The notes beneath the pieces were generated by a model. The model saw only the letters and a list, made by a program, of their open reading frames with translations, made no database searches and was not told the DNA's origin. The translations under genes were made by a program, and so were the position numbers. A stretch of 64,000 bases of DNA, from assembly GCF_035084215.1 (NCBI RefSeq), contig NC_090326.1, positions 82,274,001 to 82,338,000 of the forward strand, written 5' to 3'. Below, one piece after another: positions 12,068 through 24,662 of the stretch (the stretch's first letter is position 1; each line of letters begins with the position of its first letter). The stretch comes from Heptranchias perlo (taxonomy: Eukaryota).

Positions 12068-12520
12068 GTGTCAGCCAGGGCTCATGGTTGTACTCTCACC
12101 TCTGAGATAGAAGGTTGTAGGTTAAAGTCCCACTCCAGAGACTTGAGCCCTATAATCTGAGTCAACACTCCCCAGTGCAGTAATGAGTGAGTGCTGCACT
12201 GTCAGAGGATTTCAGATGAAACATTAAACCGAGGCCCCATCTGCCCCCTCAGGTGGACGTAAAAGATCCCATGGCATCATTTGAAGAAGAGCAGGGGAGT
12301 TCTCCCAGTGTTTTGGTCAATTTGTATCCACATCGAACATCACTAAAACAGATTATCTGGTCATTGCCACATTGCTGTTTGTGGGACCTTGCTGTGTACA
12401 AATTTGCTCCCATGATTCCTACATTACAACAGTGACTACACTTCAAAAGTAGTTAATTGTCTGTAAAGCGCTTTGGGACATCCTCAGGTCATGCAAGGCG
12501 CTACACAAATGCAAGTTCTT
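12068..12520 (+). mobile_element. tRNA-derived DeuSINE (SacSINE1/AmnSINE1-like)
   Basis: tRNA-like head, Deu-like core ggtggacgtaaaagatcccatggc and tail aggcgctacacaaatgcaag. Confidence 0.8.
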
Positions 12521-13464
12521 TCTTTTCTTCTTTTATTCTCCAGGTGGATTCTTCAGTTAGGTGCTAAAGGAGGAATATATGAGCCCCTAAAGCTCATACA
12601 GTTCTATGCATTGAAATGGATGTGATTTTCTATGCCAGGTCAGAATGTTTCTCATATTTTAGCCCTTTAATTATTTCAAAACGGGACTTTTGATTAAACC
12701 ATGCTGGAAGAAATAATAGTACAGATTCTTGTAACATTAAATCCCATTATCATGACAAAAACCACATGAGACAGTAAACACACATTGTGTAAACTTCCAT
12801 ATCAAATGGCCACTTTCATGCAAATGCCCAGCTTTTAGTGGTATGAAACTGCACTAAAATATATTTCTGTTAGACACCAATCTACTAACAAACTATTTCT
12901 CGATTCTGCATTGAATAGCGGGAACCAGCTGACAAAATAGTTTCCCTTTAATCCAGGCATAACAGAGAAACAGATATTTATACATATTACTTCTTAACCT
13001 AGTTTTTAAAAAGAATCTCAAGAACAAAGACATCTACCATCCCTTTCAAAGTGTAGAAAAAACAATGAATGGTGCTGATGATATTTCTTATTTTGAAAAT
13101 AAAATAATTTTATAATTTGTGACAGTCATAACCATGGTGTCTGTAGGGATGAATGTGAACGTGCTGATTCATCCAATGTGTTTCATTGACTGTGTGTGTG
13201 GGGGGAGGTGGGGAGTGATATCAGTGAGTCCGGCGATGCAATATTGGCCCAGCCAAAGTCTTAGGTTTACGATTGGTCCCATGTGTTTCATTGACAGCTG
13301 TGCACCAATGAAGTAGAAGAACTGACTGCTGCCCAACAAATAAAGGATGGGCGGAGCAAGTATCGAAAACCTCAAAAAACAAGTTACAGGCTCAAATGCT
13401 TATTATCAGGACACTGACATTTTAAAATGTCATTGCTGCTTGACATGTAAGGACAATTTGAGAG

Positions 13465-14110
13465 GGCTGTTAAAAAAGCATATGGGATCCTTAATAATAG
13501 AGGCATAGTGCACAAAAGCAAGGAAGTTATGCTAAACCTTTATAAAACACTAGGCCTCAGCTGGAGCATTGTGTTCAATTCTGGGCACCACACTTTAAGA
13601 AGGACATCAAGGCCTTAGAGAGGGTGCAGAAGAGATTTACTAGAATGGTGCCAGGGATGAGGGACTTCAGTTACATGGAGAGACTGGAGAAACTGGAGTT
13701 GTTCTCCTTAGAGCAGAGAAGGTTAAGGGGAGATTTGATAGAGGTATTCAAAATCATGAACGCTTTTCATAGAGTAAATAAGGAGAAACCATTTCCAGTG
13801 GCAGAAGGGTCGGTAACCAGAGGGCACAGATTTAAGACTATTGGCAAAAGAGCCAGAGGCAACATGAGGAAACATTTTTTTTTTTACGCAGCGTGTTTTA
13901 ATGATCTGGAATGCACTGCTTGAAAGGGTGGTGGAAGCAGATTCAATAGTAACTTTCAAATGGGAATTAGATAAATACTTGAAGGGAAAAGATTTTACAG
14001 GGCTACAGGAAAAGAGCAGGGTAATGGGACTAATTGGAAAGCACTTTCAAAGAGCTGGCACAGGCACGATGGGCCAAATGGCCTCCTCCCGTGCAGTACC
14101 TACTATGATG
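13465..14110 (+). mobile_element. CR1 LINE 3' fragment
   Basis: QKRFTRMVPGMRDFSY...RRLRGDLIEVFKI. Confidence 0.88.
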
Positions 14111-16254
14111 CTATGTCTGAACTATCTGAGAGGGGCAGAGACCTGGTTCTCTTATTTATAAAGCAGTCCCATGCACGACTTACAGGTGTGAGCTAGTGAG
14201 GTTTACTCAATTCCAATTTTTAATAAATTGGTCCATAATCCACATGGGATATGCCAGTATTTAAAAATTGAATAAATGTTCTCCTATATAAAATATGAAT
14301 ATATATGGCTGTTTAATACACTAATTTCAATTTATGTGGCATTTGGATTAATCTAAACAAACCTGTTTTGTAATAATTATAATGCAAAAGGAAATATTGA
14401 AAGAGACCCTGTCTTCATGGTGTCTGGTAATTTTATTTATACATGAACCACATTTTTGAATCGCATATGAGTGAAGTCATTGTGATGAAAATGTCTCATG
14501 GTCCCTTTTTGGTTTGTCTCCCTCCTCAAATAATAAGTTTGCCAAACACTTTTCCGTGACGACAATATCTTTTAAAATATTTTATCAAACTTAGTGCAAT
14601 TTACCTGAAAATGGCTGATTTACAGTGAGGCATGAGCCAGCAAACCCACGCCAGATATAATTAATCCTTAGTTTTCTATATGTGGATTACTCCTGCATAT
14701 TTAAATGGGTTTTCAGTTTTCCAGCAGGATAAAGTTGAACAATATCGTAAAGTGAACTTAACTTGGAAACAATAAAACACTGGAAAAAAGGTACAATAGA
14801 GCTAATGAGGGTGAATTTCCACAGTGGTTCTCTCGCTTGTCTGCCTTAACCTCAAGGGAAGCGCTGCAGAAACCCTGGGAAAAACGACATTTACACCAAA
14901 ATTATGGTGAACCATCGGGCAAACCCCCCTCGTGGAACTTCATTCTAATAATACAATGGAATCAATCATATGGAATGTGCAACAAGTGAAGATAAACTAG
15001 CTGCATATAGGAAGCATGGGTACATTTTCCTCTTTAGTACCTGAGCATTAAGTATCACCTGGGTGGAGTGCACAAAAAAATGTGGTGGGCAGGATTACAC
15101 GCTGTTAACAAAATCCGCCAGATTATCCTTCCATTGAAATTACAAAAATCTACCACTATGTCTCAACACTATGTGACCGTATATGTATGGTTCAACCACT
15201 GATAAGGATGAAAAATGTTTCATACCAACGGTTAGTGTGATTCATCAGTTATGAGCAGAAAGAATAAAACACGGCTAATCTAGCAGAGTGATCATACACT
15301 GGCGGAAAGCAGCAATGAAGGGTGGGCTCTGTCCGCTTTGGTAAGCATGAACAGATAAACTAAGAGAGTTCACTAATGAGGCAATCAGGTGCACGCTTGT
15401 GAAAGTATTTGAAAATTAAAGTTGGAAGGTGAAGTTCATGCATGGCTGGCAATGTAACTCCGATGTAACTCTCATTAAGTTCTCTATAATGTAAAGTTGT
15501 TTTGTATGGTACACAAAATACTTGAAAGTATAAGGTTGCAATAAATTTTCGCTAAAAGTTTTTTAATAAGGTTTCAACCAGTTCATCTATCTCCCCCCCC
15601 GTCTTTTCCATAGTGACCTTTACCCTCGCTTTTCCTAAAATCTGAGAACAGCCAATGTTGATGAAACATATAATGGCTCCTTTCCTGTGCAGTAAAGTCG
15701 GCTGTAAAGTCTGGTAATTAAGGTAACCAAGGAGGCTGAGCCCAGCAGGCTAATGGTGCACCAAACACGTTTATAACTTCAAACGATATCAAAGTCACAG
15801 GAATGGGCTCAGAGTTGAACTGGTTTGAATTAAGCTCACTTCCACACGCTCTGCCCAAAGAAAGCTCCAGCCTTCTGGATTTCATTAGAGCCAATTATCT
15901 TATCTTTTTCATCTCGGGCCTGACCCTAAGGCTGGCAGGCAGCTAGTCAGTATGTTTGTGTGGTTGCTTAAGAAAGCCTGTAGTCATTCAATGTCCCGAG
16001 GACCTGCTAATTAAAACACTTACCCCCTGCCTCTGATAATTAAATATGATAATAATGCTTGTCCAAATCATTTTCCTTATTCTTTCCATTAATTTTATTG
16101 TTTACCATATAAAACATTCTAAACTTATTTTTATGATTTATTCACACAGTATGATCACAAAGGACATATTGTTCATATTTTTAATTTCATATTTATTCTC
16201 CATTGCAGAACCCCTGATAAATTGTACAAATACCGGGGCTGTATAAATTCATAG

Positions 16255-16916
16255 GGCCCAATTTTAACCTTGTCCTCCCAATGGGAACGGGGCATGTGGG
16301 TGGTTAAAATGGCAGTTGGGCACTTCCCACTGCTTTCCTGATGCATTCGCACTCACCGCCATTTTGCCAGCATTTGGGCTGTCCGCGCAGGCAGACAGGG
16401 ACCTCGTTAATATTTAAATGCCAAGGTCCGATGACGCTAGTCGGACCCAGACGCGATTTTAACTGATGATCGCGACAGTGATGGCCAGTGCCAGAAGCCA
16501 CCAGTGAATGCTGGCAGTAAGCAGGAGCGGGGCCAGGAAAGGCCAATCAAAGTAAATATTAGGTTTCCTTGTGGACTGGACAGAGCAGGAGTGCTCCTCC
16601 AGGCCTCATAAGGAAACCTGCCCCAGGATTCTATCTCTTGACCACAATCGCCTCCGGACCCCACCTCCCCCACTACTTACCTCTGTGCTGGGGACTGTTC
16701 CTTTGGGTCCCTGACGGTGGCCTCCTGCTGTGCTAAATCCAGCTCATGAACACAAGCCTCCTCTCATTCCCGCTGGGTACGGGTGGGAGTCCATACTGGA
16801 AGACGGTACTGAGGCCCGGGAATTAAAATGGCCTGGGCATCAGGCTGGCGCATCATGGTGCTTCCTGCCCACTCCAGGCCCCACATGGCACACTCGTCCC
16901 AAGTTAAAATCAAGGC
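16255..16916. mobile_element. Non-autonomous Harbinger-type TIR element
   Basis: Imperfect TIRs ggcccaattttaac / gttaaaatcaaggc flanked by TAG on both sides. GC-rich interior. Confidence 0.65.
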
Positions 16917-17889
16917 TAGAATGTTCAATTCAATTAAAGAATTGATCAAACCTCAAAATGATTGCTGAATCAATTTGCTGAACAAAATTATTGACCTGAT
17001 GCCCCATTTGGTACATTCAAATGTATTGAAATTGCCCCTTTAAAATAATTTTTCCATAGAAAATAATGGCAACTTGAGAGGGCAACAGACCCCGAGGAGA
17101 ACATTTCCTATGCTCACTACAACCATCCATTTGGTTTGAATGGGGGAAAAGTATTCAAACCCTTCTACTGATAATTAATTCTTCCTCCACATAGAAACAT
17201 CCAAAGAGAAGTCAAACCATACTGCTGGAGGCCTAAAGTTATTAGCAGGATTAACTGTCTGAATATTAATGCATTGTCTAGTAGTCATAAGTGCACAATG
17301 TATTCTTGATCCCCAAAGAGCTATTCAATGCTCTTCATGCGCACATTGTAATGTGATATATTGGGGTCGATTTTCACCTTCACCGCCTGGATAGTTATCT
17401 GGCAGGGCGGATTGTATGCCCTTTATAAAACACGCTTTATTTTCATTCCATTGTGGTGGGTCATGTTGCTGAGATAGATTGAAGTGGGCTTTGGAGAGAC
17501 TTGAGAATGAGGATGAGGATCATCGTGAAATTGATTTGCTGGGACACTGGAAGCCAATGGAGCTTGGCAGGATGTAGGCGATGGGAGAAATTTGTGCAGG
17601 ATAGGATTTGGGGTGCGGAGTTCTAGATTAGCTGAAGTTTGAGAGAGTGGAGGTGGGAAGCTGCCAAGGAGACCATTAGATAAATTGATCCTCAAGATGA
17701 TGAAATTGTAAATAAGACCTCAGCAATGCTGGGTGAAGTAATGGCATAAGCAGGTAATCTTCTGCAAGTGGAAGAAGGCAGTTCGTTTTTGATGTATTTT
17801 ACAATGATTATATTCAATAATGTGACATCACTGTACTTAACAAGACTGTCATCGAGTGTTGCAAATACAACAATAACTTGCATTTATAT

Positions 17890-18104
17890 GATGTGGAGAT
17901 GCCGGTGATGGACTGGGGTTGGCAAATGTAAAGAATCTTACAACACCAGGTTATAGTCCAACAATTTTATTTGAAAATCACAAGCTTTCGGAGGCTTTCT
18001 CCTTCGTCAGGTGAATGACCAGACGAAGGATAAAGCCTCCGAAAGCTTGTGATTTTCAAATAAAATTGTTGGACTATAAACTAGTGTTGTAAGATTCTTT
18101 ACAT
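17890..18104. mobile_element. Penelope pLTR inverted duplication (90-bp arms, 7-nt spacer)
   Basis: 17922-18011 and 18019-18108 are near-perfect reverse complements. ttgcatttatat is duplicated at 17878-17889 and 18105-18116. Confidence 0.88.
17976..18016 (-). ncRNA. Minimal hammerhead ribozyme motif
   Basis: UCAC-CUGACGA-A-GGAG(aaagc)CUCC-GAAA-GCUU-GUGA. The mirror copy on + has CUGA mutated to CAGA. Confidence 0.65.
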
Positions 18105-19779
18105 TTGCATTTATATAGCGCCTTTAACATAGTAAAACATTCCAAAACGCTTCACAGGAACGTTTTCAAACAAAATTTGAAACCGAGCCACGTAAGGAGA
18201 TATTATGACAGGTGACCAAAAGCTTGGTCAAAGAGTTAGATTTTATGGACCGTCTTAAAAGGAGGAGAGAGATGTAGAGGAGAAGTTTAGGGAGGGAATT
18301 CCAGAGCTTAGTGCCAAAGTAGTTAAAGGCACGGCCGCCGATGATGGAGTGATGAAAATCGGGGATGTGCAAGAGGCCAGAATTGGAGAAGCGCAGAGAT
18401 CACAGAGGGTTGTAGGGCCGGAGGTAGTTACAGAGATGGGGTGAGAGTTACGGGGTGAGGGTTACGGGGTGAGGCCATGGAGGGATCTGAAAACAAAGAT
18501 GAGAATTTTAAAATCGAGGCGTTGCCAGACTGGGAGCCAATATAAACTCAAAGAATGCTGAGAGCAATTTATGGACGTCATCTAAAACCTGGGATTAAAG
18601 TAAAGCAGTGTATTCACAAATTTGTGCTTTTTAACACTATTGATATGTTTGTAACATTATTCGCCTGTAATGAGAAGAAAATCACTGTTATGGCTGCATT
18701 ATCCAGGCAGGATGAACAAAGTGACATTACTACTGAGGAATATGCCCTCCACACGACCCATAGGTGGGTATAGTCAGAGAGTTATATCGCACATCTATTT
18801 TAATGTTTCAGTGGAATTATGACTAATATATATCACACTTGAATTATCAGGATGATCAAAATGCTTACATGCACAAAATATTTTATTTTTACAAAAATAT
18901 CAACCACATCAACCTTTGCTGAAGTGACTTGAAAACAAATTGGTGACAATCCACCTCGGCTGTAAATGCAGCATATGCATTATGTTCAATTACAAATGTT
19001 GTTCCTTAGCTTATTCCTTCATAAGCACATTCTTAAAACTGAATCATAAACAAAATATAATCCTTGTATGTGTATGACAAAACATCATTCCCAGGCTTGA
19101 TGCACTGTTTAATATATTTCATAATAATTTACCTAAGTACACCAATCGTTCAAGTGTCTGGATGATCAGGCATCCCTCAATTTGTGTTCTCTGTAAGAAC
19201 ATCAGCTTAATAACTGCACCAGTGACTAACTCATTTAATATTGTACATGCATATCTTGAATTATTAATTCATGGCATTTCCCAAGTTCCTAACAGTTCCT
19301 AGATGGTGATAAGTACTGTGGCTACAGAACAGAGGAAAAACACTGACTGGGAGCATGTGAACAGGCTATGACACACTTGAATGGTTTAGATAGCATCACA
19401 CTCAATCATTCAAACCCTAAAAAAAATTACTGCCTGGATCATAGTCTCTCAAGTAGAGATTTTTTTTAATGTAATACAACAATCTAGCTATATCTTAGAA
19501 TGTAAAACAAAAATCACTTTGCAGTGTTCTCACTGGATTTGTATCATTCATTATCCTAACCAACCACCATTCCAGACCCTGAGTTTCTACATATATGTAT
19601 AGCTTTGTGTCGTGAAGCAGGAAGATTGGTTCTTACCAACATTATGATGTTAGACCAGGATTATAATGTGTTCAGCTGAGGGTTGTACTGAGAACCAATA
19701 CACTTTTACAGAGGTTCTGTACACATTATGCTTAATATTGTATGAGGCAGCGCACAGTCAATCTTGTTTTCAAAGGGGG

Positions 19780-20790
19780 TTGAGACAAAACAACCTAGTA
19801 AACATCACTCAACATGGCCTGCAAAGATCCTGCCTGGCCAACCTCCTTGATTTCTTCGATGAAGCAACAACCCAAGTCAATTGTGGTAAACCCTATGACA
19901 TTATGTACTAGGACTTCCAAAACACATTTGATAAAGTTCCAAATGAAAGATTATTAATTAAGCTCTAAGCTCTGGAGATTCAGGACAAAACATATGTTTG
20001 AATAAAAAACTGGCTGAAGGGCAGGAAACAATGGGTACCGGTTAGAGGAGTAATATCAGGGTAGGGGGAAGTATTGAGTAGGGTGCCCCAGGACTCAGTG
20101 TTGGGACAACTTCTGTTTCTAATTTACATCAATGATTTGGATTCTGAAACTCAATGCAAATTGGTCAAATTTACAAATGATACCAACCGAGGAGGGACAG
20201 TGGAATTCAAGTGGGCAGCTCAGAAACTACAGAATGAGCTAAACAAAATATGTGAGTGACTTGCACAACAGCAGATGAAATTTAATGCAGTCAAGTGTAA
20301 AGTATTGCACATAGAAAGGAAAAATGGGCAACATAAATACTTAATGAATGATGTTAAAATAGCTCAGGGTGAAGCTGAAAGAGACCTAGACTCGACACTT
20401 AACATGCCCAACCAATGCACAGCAGCAATCAACAAAGCCAATTGGGTGTTGAACTACATAGCCAAATCAGTAGAATACAAGTCAGAGGGAGTAGTGATCA
20501 AACTGCACAATGCTCTGGTTAGGCCACACCTTGAGTACTGTATCTTGTTCTTGCTACTGAGAAATAAGGGATGCAGTCAAGTGCTGCAGGCAGTGCAGAG
20601 AAGAGCCACAAGGCTGATCCCTGATGTCAAGGGGCTGAGTGTGAGTAAAGACTAGAGAGACATTCGTTTTTCAGTCTGGAAAGGAGTTGACTGAGAGGTG
20701 ATCTATTAGATGTATATAAGATAGTAAATGGTATGAAAAAGGTTAATCTTGAATATTACTTCAAATTGAACAGTGGAAGTCGTAAAAGGT
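19780..20790 (+). mobile_element. Old CR1 LINE RT fragment
   Basis: TQHG...SCLANLLDFF, VPQDSVLG...YINDL and RPHLEYC, with many stops. Confidence 0.8.
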
Positions 20791-21246
20791 AACTTTACAT
20801 CCGGATGGATGAATAAATATGGACCAAATCTAGTGATCTTATGAGGCACTTGCCAAACATTCAGTATCCCTTTTTATTGACTTTGATTGTAAGATCATTT
20901 AAATCTATTACTCGACCTTTTCCATCTCTCAAAACTATTCACTTAGAAACAGATTTAATTAAAAAGTTGAAGATGTTTGAAACCTTTTCAAAAGTTACTA
21001 ATATGGGTAACCATCTCCAGTTTTGCTGTTTGGTCTAAGCATTGTAAGTAAAATTAATAAATATATTTGTTTAGAAATGAAAAATGTAACTATGAATAGT
21101 TTAGAAAGTCTGAAGTATATTAAAATACATCTGATGTGAATTTAAAATCAAACACACTTTTCCAATGTACTCTATGTGAAGCAATTTAAAAGAATACATT
21201 AGCTTTGAACTTGACCAAATATCTACCACGACAGGTGGGAACGCAC

Positions 21247-21344
21247 CTGAAAGCTGTAAGGTATTCCACATCGCCCATAGGGGGATCAAGACCACCTGTC
21301 CAGGCGATATTCACAGTGAAGCCTTCACCGGGGCCGCTTCCAAC
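21247..21344 (-). CDS. HDAC9: HDAC9 exon ([33 protein letters not shown]), last exon in window
   Basis: Acceptor ttttcag, donor gtgcgt, 98 nt, phase 0 to 2. The next exon (VSAGFDA) was not found in 1-21246. Confidence 0.95.
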
Positions 21345-21620
21345 CTGAAAACAGGACGGCACCAAGGAAGAAAAATATATATTTTCGGCAAAATAGCTTT
21401 GAAACCAACATCAAAGAACATGCCAAAATCAGCCAGACGATGCTTGACAAGCACTGGTTGGGGCCGTGCACTTGGTCTGTGCTGGGATACAGTCCCGGTG
21501 GACAATTTTGCAATCCACAGCAATTTAAAGTGCAACAGCGAAGAATGAGATAATTAGGAATAATCATGCAATGCAATTAGACCGGAACGATAAAAGAGGC
21601 CGAGGAGAAATGCAACCTAC

Positions 21621-21740
21621 CTCGTCTGGGGCTCCACTACCAGGGAAGAAGTTTCCTTCATCATAACGGTGAAGGGAAATATAAAGCACGTTGGGGTCAC
21701 TATAAAAGGCTTGCTGTGTACCGTTACCATGGTGAACATC
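21621..21740 (-). CDS. HDAC9: HDAC9 exon ([40 protein letters not shown]), catalytic Zn ligands
   Basis: Acceptor cctttag, donor gtaggt, 120 nt, phase 0 to 0. DVHHGNGTQ motif. Confidence 0.96.
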
Positions 21741-23239
21741 CTAAAGGTGAAAGGAAACAAATGACAAATGTAATAACGTCCAGTCCTGCTTAAAGGTCAC
21801 TTTTGCCTTCCCCCTCATCCTCCTTCTAAACTTCCTGAACCTTCAAACAAATTACTCCGTAATGTGCTCATTTTTTAAGCTTGTTTCTCCAGTCAGGAAA
21901 CCACAGCAAACATGCCCTGGAGACTCCAGAAGAGCAGTCACTGAGAAATCCCAGCTCTTTTCTACATTTAGATATTTATACTCTGGGACTTTGTACTATT
22001 TGTCTCGGTGATGGAATCTAGCATCCTGCTTTATGCAAGAATTTTATGACTTATTAACTGCCAACAGTTCATAACCCCTCAGGGTCAATTAGCTGCTTGA
22101 ATTAGCCTCTAAAGAAAGGCAAGTGTTAAATTACAAAAACTGTACTTTTTATTATAATCTGTGGGGCATAACAATTAAGTGAATTTCTAATCAACGGCAA
22201 GTTTAGTTTACAAAAGTAATGTTCGGTGAGATCTATTATGGCAAGTACAGTTATCCTGGAAGCTTCAGATAAACCAGTGCCAGATTTGCGAGGAAGTGAC
22301 AATACTTGCAGAGGAAGTGATGTAAAATATAAGGTTAATAGAAGTTTCATTCCATTTACAGATTTGTCAGCTGTTGAAAGGTTTAGGCCAGTTCTTCATA
22401 ATCACATTACACATACCCCTGATGATAGATTATTTGCAATTTTTCTTTCCCTGCCTAATTTTTCTAGCCTATTATGAAAAGTATGTTTTCCTAATGTAAT
22501 CAATGTAATCTTGAAAGATTTCAGCTGTTAGGATTATTCCAATGACCCCAAACATTTACAAACATATTGAGGCAACTTGAAATGCCTTTAGGGTGGTATC
22601 CTTTATCTTGTAACTGGTCATAAATAAAGACTTTTGGTATGAAAGGTTTTTGTATTTTTTTTCAAGGATTGGGGCTCAGGATAGTGATGAAATGATTTAT
22701 CACATGCAAAAAAGTTTCAGCTAGTTACAGGTGGAACTGATTATTATTCGATGCCAAACTTGATTTCCTCTGCATGCTTTTCACTGGCTAGCTTACCGCA
22801 TCACCTTGTGAACTGTCAGGACAGTCAAATATATTTTCTCCATTTATCAATATTTAGTTCTCTTGAGTCTAATATAATTGCAACAATAACAAAAAGGGTC
22901 AGTATGCATTATGATTGAATTGAAACTTAAATATTTGATGGAGATGTACAGTTATTCTTTAATGGTAATAAGAGGTTTGCAACTCTACCCAGAGGATATT
23001 TGCTAATCCAAAAGGCCTGTATATCTTCACTTGCATAGTGTATTTAGTTGTGTACATTCCTAGTGATTCATGCAGATCAAGTATATTTTATTAACATATG
23101 ATATGGTCATAGAATTTTGCCTTCCAACTACAAAGTAATTCTTTTACAATGTATGATGGCCACAGAAATTCCAGTAATTAACTACAGGTTATTTTTTGGC
23201 AAACTGCCAGCAGTTGTTAATCCTACATTGTGAATGTCA

Positions 23240-23720
23240 ACAATAACAAAAATAATTTGTAATGACATAGTACCTTTAATGTAATAAAACATCCAAATGT
23301 GATTCATCATGGGGAAAGGAGACACTGACTAGGAGTAGAAGATTTAGATTATATGAAAATTAGGAGAGATGTTTTTAAAGGTGGGGAAAGAAGTGGTGAA
23401 GAGGTTTAGGAAGGAATTCCAGAAGTACGGCCAAGTCAGCTGAATGCACTGCCATTGAGAAAGGAACTGCAGAAGGTGGGGGAGGCACAGGAAGCTCGAG
23501 GCAGAGGATCACGGGGCATGGGCTGGGAGATAAAATGGAAGAGGTTGTAGTGATAGGGAGGATGAGGCCATGGAGGAACTTGTAAAAAGGACAGGATTTT
23601 GAATTCAGTAGACTGGGGGACTGGAATCTATTGGAGATCTGTAAGGACATGGATAATAGACATGTGGGACATAGTTTGGGAAAGGAGCAAGCAGCAGAGT
23701 TGTGGATGAGCTGGGGTTTC
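23240..23720 (-). mobile_element. Decayed L2-type 3' remnant
   Basis: Resembles 155-660 and 18110-18545. Confidence 0.5.
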
Positions 23721-23757
23721 TGTTAATGGCATGACTCATTGACACAAAGTGCATTGA

Positions 23758-23935
23758 ATGGGTCAAAATCCTGGAACTCCCTTCCTAACAGCACTGTGGG
23801 AGAACCATCACCACACGGACTGCAGCGGTTCAAGAAGGCGGCTCACCACCACCTTCTCAAGGGCAATTAGGGATGGGCAATAAATGCCGGCCTTGCCAGC
23901 GACGCCCACATCCCGTGAAGGAATTTTTTTTTAAA
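23758..23935 (+). mobile_element. 3' end of A-tailed CR1/L2-group LINE
   Basis: Near-identical to 36720-36880. Confidence 0.85.
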
Positions 23936-24662
23936 ATGTTCACCTGGGCCTAGAATTTCTGCCAAAACACAAAGCAGCCCATAACTCAATAAATGCTCTC
24001 TATATTTATTTAAACATTTTTAATTCTTAAAAAATAATTGAGCAATTTCAAAGTGATTCAAGGGTTTAGATGAATATTATCAAATCTTTGAATTTAGCTC
24101 TGGGGTTTAAAAGGCCACTGAACCCTGAGATTACATTACTGATTTTAATCATTCCTGGATGTTCACCATATTATATCATAATGTGAATCATGCGACAATA
24201 CACTTCTGAAATTGTGACAATATATTTCAGCCAATGTAATTTGCTGTCATCAATAGAGTTTTCATTTTTTATCTCATAGACTATATTAACCAAAAACAAT
24301 ACAGATGCTAGTGAGTAAGTAAAAGGCTGCAATTTAATCTCAGGGTTCATATGACGTCCATAAACTATTTGGACTCTACTCTTGTGGTTTATGATGTTAT
24401 CCGAAACCTTCAATTAAATTACAGCCTTATTACTCACTTCCTACTATCCGTAATTGTTGTGTGGAGTACTGATGGTAGCTCTCACTAGTGGACAGTTACT
24501 TTGGGTACATGAATGATTACCGCTGAATCTGCTGATTCTGCCACTACCGCACTGTGTTCTTTTAAAACACTTTTGTTTTTATTTTAATGGCACCCATAAG
24601 GGCCAAGGGATGATAGTGCGAATAATTAAATGTGGTAAGATGTAAAAAAGACTCAAAATATT

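Larger units (their letters stand above)
17480..18545 (-). mobile_element. Decayed L2-type LINE 3' remnants (with Penelope insertion)
   Basis: IGGRAF...KLWNSLP peptide. Tail ttgcatttatatagcgcctttaac is split by the insertion. Confidence 0.65.

Noticed and set aside
12068-12150. tRNA gene
   Set aside because: Degenerate tRNA-like SINE head continuing into a SINE body. The same applies at ~3600-3678.
13170-13300. atgtgtttcattgac repeated ~106 bp apart
   Set aside because: Only two copies with no further structure, so I cannot assign a function.
17890-18108. CRISPR-like array or bona fide pre-miRNA
   Set aside because: It has no repeat-spacer periodicity and is explained by Penelope pLTR inversion.
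18437-18475. (cggggtgagggtta)-like 14-bp tandem, telomere or G4-like
   Set aside because: Only ~2.7 copies, a local slippage inside an L2 remnant.
1-21246. Next HDAC9 exon (…LVSAGFDA…GGY)
   Set aside because: No matching sequence was found by eye, so it is presumably beyond the left edge. The class IIa His/Tyr switch residue therefore cannot be assessed.
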